A DNA stretch of 64,000 nucleotides from Prevotella sp. UBA2739. GTDB taxonomy: Bacteria > Bacteroidota > Bacteroidia > Bacteroidales > Bacteroidaceae. The stretch is taken from NCBI GenBank assembly GCA_002353525.1, contig DEJV01000005.1, forward strand, positions 2,871 through 66,870, in the 5' to 3' direction. The first letter of the stretch is position 1. Every line of letters begins with the position of its first letter. Both the position numbers and the translations under genes were made by a program. This document shows, one piece after another, positions 41,150-49,850 of this stretch. The notes below the pieces were generated by a model. The model searched no databases and was not told the DNA's origin. It was given only the letters and a program-made list of their open reading frames with translations.

Positions 41150-41267
41150 TGTTATTGTTAGATTTGTTTGAGAATCAGATTTAGTGGTTGCAAAGATACA
41201 AAAAAATGGGAATATACGGTGTCATACGCTGAGTTTTTTTACGAAATCGTTTACTTTTCAGGTTTTC

Positions 41268-43862
41268 TCAGCTGGAGAAGTAGACTCTCTTCACGCGATT
41301 GGAGACTCCTGTGAGTACCTCGTAGGGGATGGTCTCGAGCACATCGCTGAGCACGGTGACGGGCAGGTGGTCGCCGAAAATCTCTACCTGGTCGCCCTCA
41401 CGGCAGTCGATGCCGGTGACGTCGATCATGGCCACATCCATGCAGATATTGCCTACGTAGGGGGCTTTCTGCCCGTTGACCAGACAGTAGCAGTTGCCAC
41501 GCCCCAGCCGGCGGTTCAGTCCGTCGGCATAACCGATGGGGATGGCGGCAATGAGGCTGTCGCGCTGCAAACGCCCCTTGCGGCTGTAGCCCACGGTCTC
41601 TTCCTTGGGCACACGGCGCAGCTGCAGAATGGTGGTCTTGAGCGTGCTCACGGTGTGGAGAATGCGGTTGTCGCGGGGGTCGATGCCGTAGAGGCCCAGT
41701 CCCAGACGGCACATGTCGAGCTGCCGCTCGGGGAAGTGCTCGATGCCGGCGGAATTGTCGATGTGCCGGATGATGTGATGGCTGAAGGCGGCCTGCAACT
41801 GGGAGCTGCCCTGAAGGAACAGCTCGTACTGACGGGCGGAGAAACGGTCGAAATCATCGCTGTCGCTGCCCACGAAATGGGAGAAGACGGAGCGCGGGAT
41901 GATGGCCTGCTGGTGCTTCAGCCGGCTGATGAGCTCGGGAATGTCGGAGGTGCTGGCGCCGGAAGCCTGCTCGGACACGTCGGCCACCTTGAAGCCGAGG
42001 CGGTGCATGCCGGTGTCGAGCTTGATGTGGACGGGCCAGCCGGTGATGCCTTCCTTGCGGGCGGCCTTGATGAGGGCGTCGAGCAGACGGAAGGAGTAGA
42101 CCTCGGGCTCGAGGTCGTAGTCGAACATGGTCTTGAAGGCGGTCATCTCGGGGTTCATCACCATGATGTTGCTGGTGATGCCGGCCTTGCGCAGGGTGAC
42201 TCCCTCGTCGGCCACGGCCACGGCGAGATAGTCGACGCGGTGCTCCTGCAGGGTCTTGGCAATCTCGACGGCACCGGCGCCGTAGCCGTCGGCCTTGATC
42301 ATGCACACGAGCTTGGTGTCGGGCTTGAGGAACGAACGGTAGTAGTTGAGATTGTCGACCATGGCGTCGAGGTTCACCTCGAGGATGGTCTCGTGCACTT
42401 TCTCTTCGAGCAGCTCGGCCAGCTGGTCGAAACCGAAACGGCGGGAGCCCTTGAGCAGGATGAGCTCGTGGTGCAACTGGCGGAACTCGGGTGAGGCGAT
42501 GAACTGCTGGGTATCGGCGAAGAAATGCTTCTGGGGTGTCTGGATGAGGTGCTGCTGCGAGGAGATGGCATGGCCGATGCCGATGAGCTTGGTCACGCCG
42601 CGCTTGGCTGCCAGCTGGGCCACCTCGGCATAGAGCACGGAGGGCTGCTCGCCACTCTGGTCGATGTCGCTGAGGATGAGCGTGCGGGAGAGCTGACCGG
42701 ACTGGCCGTCGGCGGAAGTGCCGGCCTCCTGGCGCCTGCTCATGAAGTCGAGGGCGATGTCGAGCGAATGGATGTCGCTGTTGTAGGAGTCGTTGATGAG
42801 AATGCAGTTGTGCTGTCCCTGCTTCACCTCGAGGCGCATGGCCACGGGCTCAAGATAGGGCATGCGGGCGGCTATCTGGTCGGGCGACATGCCCAGGTAG
42901 AGGGCCACCACAAGGGTGGTGATGGAGTTGTCGACAGAGGCTTCGTCGATGAAGGGGATGGCATACTGGTGGGTGTTGCCCTGATAGACGTAGGTGACGT
43001 GGCAGCGGCCGTCGGCCACCTCGCTTTTGGCAATGAACACAGGTGCCTCCTGGTTGTAGCGCGACCAGCTGAGACGAGAGCCCTGGTAGTGGGAACGGCG
43101 GATGCAACGGCTCACGATGTCGTCGTCGGAACAATAAACGATGGCCTCGGTGTCGTGGAAGAGCTGCAGCTTCTCCATGCACTTCTCCTCCATGGAGCGG
43201 AAATTCTCCTGATGGGCGGCTCCCAGCGAGGTGAGCACGCCGATGGTGGGCTGGATGATGTCGTGCAGGGCCAGCATCTCGCCGGGCTGGCTGATGCCTG
43301 CCTCGAAGAGTCCCACCTGGGTCTGCTCGTTGAGGAGCCACACCGACAGGGGCACGCCTATCTGCGAGTTGTAGCTGCGGGGAGAACGCGTGACGCGCAA
43401 GTGGGGCATGGCGGCAGCGGACTGCGACGACGCAGCATTCTCGTCGGCAGCCGACCAGCAGCCCACGCCCGAGAGAATCTGGTAGAGCCACTCCTTGACC
43501 ATGGTCTTGCCGTTGGAGCCGGTGATGCCGACAATGGGGATGTTAAACTCGTCGCGATGGCGCTCGGCCAGTCGCTGCAGGGCGGCCAGGGTGTTGACCA
43601 CCTTAAGGAAGCAAGCGTCGGGATAGCGCACGTCGGGATGGTCGGGCACAGACTCGACCACAAAAGCCCGCACGCCACGGCGGTAGAGATCGTCGATGTA
43701 GCGGTGGCCGTCGTTGCGCTTGCTATGGAGGGCGAAGAAGAGGGTCTCCTCGGGGAAGCAGAGCGAACGGCTATCGGTAAGTAACCACCGGATGTTTCCT
43801 TCGTGTGCGCCGTAACGCCGCGCACCGATGAGCGTTGTAATTTTTTCGATAGTATATGTCAT
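41268..43862 (-). CDS. alr: Bifunctional MurF / alanine racemase
   Basis: DSR, ITGSNGKT, INDSYNSD (MurF part); MIKADGYG PLP lysine, HIKLDTGMHRLG, IGYADG, ICMD, TIPYE (Alr part). Confidence 0.93.
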   Translation of the reverse strand: MTYTIEKITTLIGARRYGAHEGNIRWLLTDSRSLCFPEETLFFALHSKRNDGHRYIDDLYRRGVRAFVVESVPDHPDVRYPDACFLKVVNTLAALQRLAERHRDEFNIPIVGITGSNGKTMVKEWLYQILSGVGCWSAADENAASSQSAAAMPHLRVTRSPRSYNSQIGVPLSVWLLNEQTQVGLFEAGISQPGEMLALHDIIQPTIGVLTSLGAAHQENFRSMEEKCMEKLQLFHDTEAIVYCSDDDIVSRCIRRSHYQGSRLSWSRYNQEAPVFIAKSEVADGRCHVTYVYQGNTHQYAIPFIDEASVDNSITTLVVALYLGMSPDQIAARMPYLEPVAMRLEVKQGQHNCILINDSYNSDIHSLDIALDFMSRRQEAGTSADGQSGQLSRTLILSDIDQSGEQPSVLYAEVAQLAAKRGVTKLIGIGHAISSQQHLIQTPQKHFFADTQQFIASPEFRQLHHELILLKGSRRFGFDQLAELLEEKVHETILEVNLDAMVDNLNYYRSFLKPDTKLVCMIKADGYGAGAVEIAKTLQEHRVDYLAVAVADEGVTLRKAGITSNIMVMNPEMTAFKTMFDYDLEPEVYSFRLLDALIKAARKEGITGWPVHIKLDTGMHRLGFKVADVSEQASGASTSDIPELISRLKHQQAIIPRSVFSHFVGSDSDDFDRFSARQYELFLQGSSQLQAAFSHHIIRHIDNSAGIEHFPERQLDMCRLGLGLYGIDPRDNRILHTVSTLKTTILQLRRVPKEETVGYSRKGRLQRDSLIAAIPIGYADGLNRRLGRGNCYCLVNGQKAPYVGNICMDVAMIDVTGIDCREGDQVEIFGDHLPVTVLSDVLETIPYEVLTGVSNRVKRVYFSS

Positions 43863-43898
43863 CGTTATTGATATTTGTTTCTATTTTACGTTTCGGAT

Positions 43899-44017
43899 TG
43901 ATATTCGAAGGTACGTGGGTGCGAGATTAGCCTCGCTAGCTGAGATTTTTAGAGCCGCTACTGGCGCTGAAAGGGTATTCTCGTACCTCCGTACCCCCGC
44001 ACCCCCGCACCTCCGTG
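43899..44017. repeat. ~120-bp MITE-like palindromic element with octamer (GTRCGNGG) arms, copy 1
   Basis: Similar to 49657-49785; overlaps the 3' end of the GSCFA gene. Confidence 0.8.
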
Positions 44018-44850
44018 CCAATGGGAGCATGCGGATACTTCATCCGGAATGCCGCCAACAACTCGTCGGTATGCCGGCAAAACTGCCGGTATTCCTCCGA
44101 CTCGGGATGGAAGGGCTTGTGGCTGAGTGCCTGACGGATGGGACGCCAGTCGGCAAGAAACTGGTGCGACTCGGGACTGAGCAGATGGCCGACCAGCTGC
44201 TGCCACACATACTCTACGGCCTGGCCGCTGGGATGGAGCATGTCGTCGGCATAGAAACGATAGTCGCGCAACTCGTCGTTGAGAATCTCGTAGGCAGGGA
44301 AATAACAAAGATGGGCCCTGAAGGCAGCCACCACTTCATCGGCGGCCAGCAGAAGGGTTGCCTTCGACAACTGACTGCCATGATAGCCGTATTTGGCATA
44401 GCGGATGGGGCTGACCGTCAGCACGATGTGCACACGGGGATTGACCGCAAGCAGCAGCTCGACGCATTGGCGCAGGGCACCAGCACAGTCGGAGATGCTG
44501 AGTGTTTCTTCCTGAAACAACCGTTGCGGACGTTTCTCGCAATTGTCGACAATCTCGCCGGTCTCCTTGAGCCGGTAAACGTGGTTGGTGCCCAGGGTGA
44601 GAAACACCACATCGGACAGGAAGGGATGATCAGAAGCCTCTGAACGGCCATACAACTGTTGCAGAGTATGAAGAATGCTGACTGGATTGTACATCACGCC
44701 ATAAGGATTGACCAACGCCTGAAACTGATTGTCGGCAAAACGCTGTCCGATGCTGGCAGCAAAACAACTGCCAACAAACAACAACCTGTCATCCGGCCGT
44801 ATCTGCCATCCAGGGCTTTCGATCGCCACTTCTGTGCGAAACTTCATCAT
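43936..44850 (-). CDS. GSCFA domain protein
   Basis: GSCFA motif, TVSPIRY, SKATL, YFPAYE, DELRDYRFY. Confidence 0.9.
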   Translation of the reverse strand: MMKFRTEVAIESPGWQIRPDDRLLFVGSCFAASIGQRFADNQFQALVNPYGVMYNPVSILHTLQQLYGRSEASDHPFLSDVVFLTLGTNHVYRLKETGEIVDNCEKRPQRLFQEETLSISDCAGALRQCVELLLAVNPRVHIVLTVSPIRYAKYGYHGSQLSKATLLLAADEVVAAFRAHLCYFPAYEILNDELRDYRFYADDMLHPSGQAVEYVWQQLVGHLLSPESHQFLADWRPIRQALSHKPFHPESEEYRQFCRHTDELLAAFRMKYPHAPIGTEVRGCGGTEVREYPFSASSGSKNLS

Positions 44851-44873
44851 GCCTTCCTTCACTTTATTTCTAA

Positions 44874-44930
44874 TCTCTTGCTTCTTACTCTCTTGCCTCT
44901 TGCTTCTTGCCTCTTGCTTCTTACTTCTTA
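44874..44930. repeat. TCTTGCY heptamer array
   Basis: About 8 degenerate units overlapping the glucuronidase stop. Confidence 0.8.
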
Positions 44931-46705
44931 CTATACCACTCTTTCAGCACATAGAACGCCTTTTTCTTCTCGCCATTGTCGCTGAACAGGCCCTTACGGT
45001 TGTAGTAGTCCTGAATGCCGACGAGCACCCGGCGGGGCGAGCGGAAGTCCTTCAATATCCACGGCGTGGTGCCAGCCAGTCCGTCAATCTTGTCGAGCAT
45101 GGCCGTATTCTCGCGGTAGAGGTTTTCCTGGAACTCCTCGGTCCACCGCTGGTTCTTGGCACCGTGCAGACCATACTTGGCACCGCCGCCAAACTCGCTG
45201 ATGATGACAGGCTTGTTGTAGGGTATCTCCCACTCCATCTTCGGCGCATCGTTGACGTCGCGGTACCAGCCGATGTACTGATTGAAGCTTACCACATCGA
45301 CATACTCGTGCATATTGTCTTGCAGGCGGTTCTTGAAATTAGAGGCCGACGTCACCTCCATGGCCATGCTCACCAGACGGCTGTCGTCGAGCTGCTTGGC
45401 CAGGCGTGCCAGATTGCCCAGGAAGGCATCGCGCTCGGGCGAGTGGGGTGTCTCGTTGGCAATGCTCCAGATGATGACATTGGCACGGTTGTGGTCGCGT
45501 GCAATCATATCGGTGAGCTGCCGACGGGCATTCTCGAGGGTGGCGGGATTCGTCCAGTCGATGGTCCAATAGACAGGTATCTCCGACCATACCAGCAGGC
45601 CCATGCGCTCGGCCTCGCGCACGGCATACTCGTTGTGGGGATAGTGGGCCAGACGCACAAAGTTGCAGCCCAGTTCCTTGGCCCACGAGAGCAGGGTGTG
45701 GGCATCGGCGGTGCTGTTGGCACGGCCGCCGCCATAGGGTTTCTCCTCGTGGATGCTGATGCCCTTGAGGAAGATGGGCTCGCCATTGAGCAACAGCTGC
45801 TTGCCACGCGTCTCGATGAGACGGAAGCCAATGCGGTCGGTGAGCGTCTCCTCGCCCATGCTTATCTCCACATCGTAGAGTTTAGGATTCTGGGGCGACC
45901 ACAGCTGCGGTTTTCCTTTCATCGTGAGGGTGGCTGTGCCTGCGGCATCGGTGACCACCGTCTTCTCAATTTTCAGTTCGGGGATGCGCAGGGTCACCTT
46001 GCGGCCTGCCTCGGGGCGATTGAGCTTTACGCTGAACGCCAGGCGACGGCCCTCAAGGCTGGCCAGCCTCAGCGTGTAGTTCTCGATATAGGTCTCGCCG
46101 AGGCTTACCAGCAGCACGTCGCGGGTGATGCCGCCGTAGTTCCACCAGTCGAAGATCTGTGTGGGCACGGCAGAAGCATGGCGCTTGTTGTCGACCTTCA
46201 CGATGAGGGTATTCTCACCGGCATGCAACTGGCTGGTGACATCGTAATTGAACGGTGTGAAACCGCCCTCGTGATGGCCCACATGATGGCCGTTGACATA
46301 GACATGAGCATCGTAGTTTACGGCTCCGAAATAAAGCAGCGCGCGGCAACCGTCTTGCGGCCGGTAGTCGAAGCTGCGCTTCAGCCACACGGTGCCCTCG
46401 TAGAAGAAGAGACGGTCGTCCTGCGTGTTCCAGTCGCCCGGAACCTGCATGGTGGGAGCCAGGTCGAAATCGTATTCTATCAGGTCTTCGGGCTTCTGGG
46501 GCTTGGCATTGCGGAAGAAACCCCACTTGGTGGGCCGCATGCGATAGTCGTAATACCCTTCTTCCTGCACGTCGACAAGGTAGTTCCATGCGCCATTGAG
46601 CGACTGGGCGTGGCGTGCCAGGATGTTGGCCACTTGCGGCACTTCCTGTGCCTGGATGGCCAGCGTTGCAACGAGCAACGAAATCGTAACCAATGCTTTT
46701 CTCAT
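44921..46705 (-). CDS. uidA: GH2 beta-glucuronidase
   Basis: WSIANE acid/base, ISEFG nucleophile, RLAHYPH, NRKG (NxKG) motif; signal peptide. Confidence 0.88.
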   Translation of the reverse strand: MRKALVTISLLVATLAIQAQEVPQVANILARHAQSLNGAWNYLVDVQEEGYYDYRMRPTKWGFFRNAKPQKPEDLIEYDFDLAPTMQVPGDWNTQDDRLFFYEGTVWLKRSFDYRPQDGCRALLYFGAVNYDAHVYVNGHHVGHHEGGFTPFNYDVTSQLHAGENTLIVKVDNKRHASAVPTQIFDWWNYGGITRDVLLVSLGETYIENYTLRLASLEGRRLAFSVKLNRPEAGRKVTLRIPELKIEKTVVTDAAGTATLTMKGKPQLWSPQNPKLYDVEISMGEETLTDRIGFRLIETRGKQLLLNGEPIFLKGISIHEEKPYGGGRANSTADAHTLLSWAKELGCNFVRLAHYPHNEYAVREAERMGLLVWSEIPVYWTIDWTNPATLENARRQLTDMIARDHNRANVIIWSIANETPHSPERDAFLGNLARLAKQLDDSRLVSMAMEVTSASNFKNRLQDNMHEYVDVVSFNQYIGWYRDVNDAPKMEWEIPYNKPVIISEFGGGAKYGLHGAKNQRWTEEFQENLYRENTAMLDKIDGLAGTTPWILKDFRSPRRVLVGIQDYYNRKGLFSDNGEKKKAFYVLKEWYSKK

Positions 46706-46779
46706 ATGATGAATGTATTTTTAGTTTCGGATGTTTACATCCTTGATTTTCGTGGGTACGTGGGTGCGAGGGTAAGAGG

Positions 46780-49611
46780 TCAGCTGCGGCTCACCTGCAA
46801 GCCCTTACGGCTCAACGTCATGTCGACGAAGCGGGCGTTCTTGTTGGGACGGTCGGCGCTGAGCAGCTGACGGATGCGAGCAGCTGCCTCGGGGTCTTTG
46901 GCTACCATATACAGATAGCCGCCGCCACCAGCACCGGGGAGCTTGTAGCCCAGGCAGAGATCGTCAATCTTATCGGTAATGGCTCTCACGGCCGCAGGAT
47001 TAGTACCGCTGTCGAGGGCCTGGTTTTGCAACCAGTTGGTGCGCAGGTGCAAGCCCATCTGCCGGAAGTCGTTGCGCTGGATGGCCTCATACATGTCGAG
47101 TGCGTGCTGCTTCATCTGGCGCAGCAGGGCCAGCTCGTCGTGATGGTTGAGGAACATCTTGCGCACAATCTCGGCCAGTATCTTCTTGGCTGTGCGGGTG
47201 ATGCCGGTATAATAGAGCAGATGGCATGCCTGGTATTCGGGCTGCGCGAACAAATCGTCGGGCAGCCAGCGCACCACTGGGTTCTGGTAGAAGCCACGCT
47301 CTGTCTGCAACAGTTTCACGCCTTGCAGCAATCCGCCAAACTGATCTTGCCAGCCGCCACCCGTGGTGAGCATCTGTTCGAGTACGAGCGTGCGGTGGCC
47401 GATGGCGTTCTTGTCCCACCCCAGACCACAGAAATCGTTCAACGCACCCAGCACGGTGGCTGCCAGCAGACTGCTGGTGCCCAGTCCGCTGCCGGCAGGG
47501 ATGGCCGAGAGCAGCGTAATCTCGATGCCACAGCCAAAGTCCATGAGCTGATGCTCGAGCGTATCGGAGGCTGAGGGATGGAAACCAGCCAGGGTGAGGG
47601 CTGCCTTGGGGATGGAGAACGGACTGCCCACCCGCTGGAAGTCGGCCAGCTCGGCATAGGTGCGCACTTGCTCAATGGCTCCCAGGTCGATGCTACGCAG
47701 CGTAATCAGATAGTCTTTGCTGGGTTTCACGTAGGCCTGCAGGGGAGGCTGGCCGTTGAGCTCGATGGCAACATTGACCACATTGCCGCCCTCCATCAGG
47801 CAGAAAGGTGGTGTGTCGGTCCACCCTCCGGAGATGTCGATGCGCACGGGCGAGCGTCCCCACACAATCTGGTCGCTATAGACCGACATGCGGGGCTGGG
47901 GATGCTGGGCAAGCACCTGCTCGGTGAGTCCTTGCCGCAACAGACTGAAAGCTTGCTGCTCTTCTCTTTCGAAGGGTTCGCCATGGAGTCTTTTCAGCTC
48001 GGAGCGGAACATGCTATCGTGAATGCGCGTCATCAGAGGTGCCTCTGGAGATATCTGTGCGGGCTCGGGCAGATGGAATGCATGGAACTCATGGGCAGCG
48101 TCGTCGAGGTCGGTCTGATAGAACACGCTGTGCTCGTAGTTCTGCGCAATGGCTTTCCAGCTAGCGGCACGGTACTGCCGGCGCTGGGCTGTCAGCCGGC
48201 GCAGGTTGGCTTTTGCGGATATCTGCTCGGCTGAGAGAAGGGGATGGGTGCCGAGTGATGAGTGATGGGTGGTGAGTGTTGATGGATAGAGGGTGACGGG
48301 TGATGATGGATTGTGGGTGTTGCCATAGATGGATTCCACCACATCTTGCATCTCCTCGATGGTGTCAACGACAGGGAATCGTGGAGTGGTCTGCTCGTCA
48401 CCGGCAAACTTGTCGTCGTAACGATAGGGGCGCACCACCCACTGACTTTCGCCGACTGGCACAATGTCGAGACATTCGCCAGGTTGCAAACTAATCTGCC
48501 AGTCGTTCTCAGGCACACCCGTAATGATATTCTCGTGAGAGAGGGTCCACTTCCCGCCCACATAACTATTCTCAATCCAAAGGTTGCGGTTTTCCTCGGT
48601 GATGCGAATGCGCGTGACAGCATTCTGCACAAACATGGCAGGATGCGGTTTCAGCGAATGATGCATGATCTCGCGCTGGTCGTTCACCAAATTCTGGATG
48701 GCCAGTGTCGACGAAAGAAGTTCGTGACTGGTGCCAAAATGGTAGAACTCACCACCGGGCAGAGGCAGAATGGCCACGCTGAGCTGCGACACCTCCGCAT
48801 CGGGAAGTGTGGGATGAGTGCCCAAAGAGCAGCCAAACTCACCATAGAGGTCGTAGTTCTGCATAGAGACACTAGGAGAGGTGGCATCAGCACCATCCAC
48901 ACAGTGCCTCATCAACACCTCGACAGCCCTGTCGCTGAGCAGCCACACACCGATATCGGTGAGATAGAAATGGTCTTTCTGCAACTCACCGAGCGTCATG
49001 GTCGATGGCTTCTGCAACATGCACTTCAGCACCGACGGCGAACGACGGTCGGAGACAAACACACCATGGTCTTTGGCAATCTCGGGACCTAACCATAACC
49101 CGTAGCAAACAACATCGGCCTCGGGAATGGGCTGCAGGGGCTGAGTGGCACGAATGAGCACGTCGCCACTCACTATCATGGTGTGCAGCGATGAGGGTGC
49201 GGCCTGCATGATTTGCTCATACAACGGCACCTGCAACGACAGCAGGTCTTGCGACAACCGCTGTCCGCGCTCCCACCGGAACACCGGGATGGGTGTCAGT
49301 ATCTTTCCCGACGGTGCATAAGCCGGTAACCTACGGCTCTGCCCGCCGGCATGCAGCAAGATGCGTTTCTCTTGTGCCAGCCATTCGGAAAAAGTTTCCT
49401 GACCAAAGCCACTGGCATGCTGACAACCAGCAGGATACGGATGGCTGGCAGCATGCAGATAAGCCTGATGCAGGAGCCATGCACTTCCCCCACCCGACCC
49501 TAGTTTCTTGTCGATAGGATCGTGCGTACAGAACCACTCATCGTGGCCGTACCCTGTGATGTCGTGAAAGCAGTCCACCAAGTTTGGCGGAAGTGAAAGC
49601 AATTTCTTCAT
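46780..49611 (-). CDS. fkp: Bifunctional L-fucokinase / GDP-fucose pyrophosphorylase
   Basis: LGSGGG, HAGGQSRRLP; GHMP motifs PVRIDISGGWTD, PAGSGLGTSS, GAGGGG. Confidence 0.93.
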   Translation of the reverse strand: MKKLLSLPPNLVDCFHDITGYGHDEWFCTHDPIDKKLGSGGGSAWLLHQAYLHAASHPYPAGCQHASGFGQETFSEWLAQEKRILLHAGGQSRRLPAYAPSGKILTPIPVFRWERGQRLSQDLLSLQVPLYEQIMQAAPSSLHTMIVSGDVLIRATQPLQPIPEADVVCYGLWLGPEIAKDHGVFVSDRRSPSVLKCMLQKPSTMTLGELQKDHFYLTDIGVWLLSDRAVEVLMRHCVDGADATSPSVSMQNYDLYGEFGCSLGTHPTLPDAEVSQLSVAILPLPGGEFYHFGTSHELLSSTLAIQNLVNDQREIMHHSLKPHPAMFVQNAVTRIRITEENRNLWIENSYVGGKWTLSHENIITGVPENDWQISLQPGECLDIVPVGESQWVVRPYRYDDKFAGDEQTTPRFPVVDTIEEMQDVVESIYGNTHNPSSPVTLYPSTLTTHHSSLGTHPLLSAEQISAKANLRRLTAQRRQYRAASWKAIAQNYEHSVFYQTDLDDAAHEFHAFHLPEPAQISPEAPLMTRIHDSMFRSELKRLHGEPFEREEQQAFSLLRQGLTEQVLAQHPQPRMSVYSDQIVWGRSPVRIDISGGWTDTPPFCLMEGGNVVNVAIELNGQPPLQAYVKPSKDYLITLRSIDLGAIEQVRTYAELADFQRVGSPFSIPKAALTLAGFHPSASDTLEHQLMDFGCGIEITLLSAIPAGSGLGTSSLLAATVLGALNDFCGLGWDKNAIGHRTLVLEQMLTTGGGWQDQFGGLLQGVKLLQTERGFYQNPVVRWLPDDLFAQPEYQACHLLYYTGITRTAKKILAEIVRKMFLNHHDELALLRQMKQHALDMYEAIQRNDFRQMGLHLRTNWLQNQALDSGTNPAAVRAITDKIDDLCLGYKLPGAGGGGYLYMVAKDPEAAARIRQLLSADRPNKNARFVDMTLSRKGLQVSRS

Positions 49612-49656
49612 GCCCAAATCTCCATCCCTATGCATGATCTATTTGAATATACATCC

Positions 49657-49785
49657 TTGATATTCGAAGGTACGAGGGTACGAGGGTGCGAGATTAGTCT
49701 CGCTCGCTGAGATCTTTGGAGCTGCTGATGACGAAGACAAGTGTATTCTCGTACCTTCGTACCCTCGCACCCTCGTACCTCCGAA
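49657..49785. repeat. ~120-bp MITE-like palindromic element, copy 2
   Basis: ggtacgagggtacgagggtgcgag ... ctcgtaccttcgtaccctcgcacc arms; core gagattagYctcgctNgctgagat shared with copy 1. Confidence 0.8.
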
Positions 49786-49791
49786 ACTTCA

Positions 49792-49850
49792 ATGAATTAC
49801 ATATTATGAATTATGCATTATGAATTATGCATTATGAATTATGCATTATG
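49792..49850. repeat. TGAATTA/TGCATTA heptamer array
   Basis: About 8 units; contains the YfhO stop codon. Confidence 0.85.
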
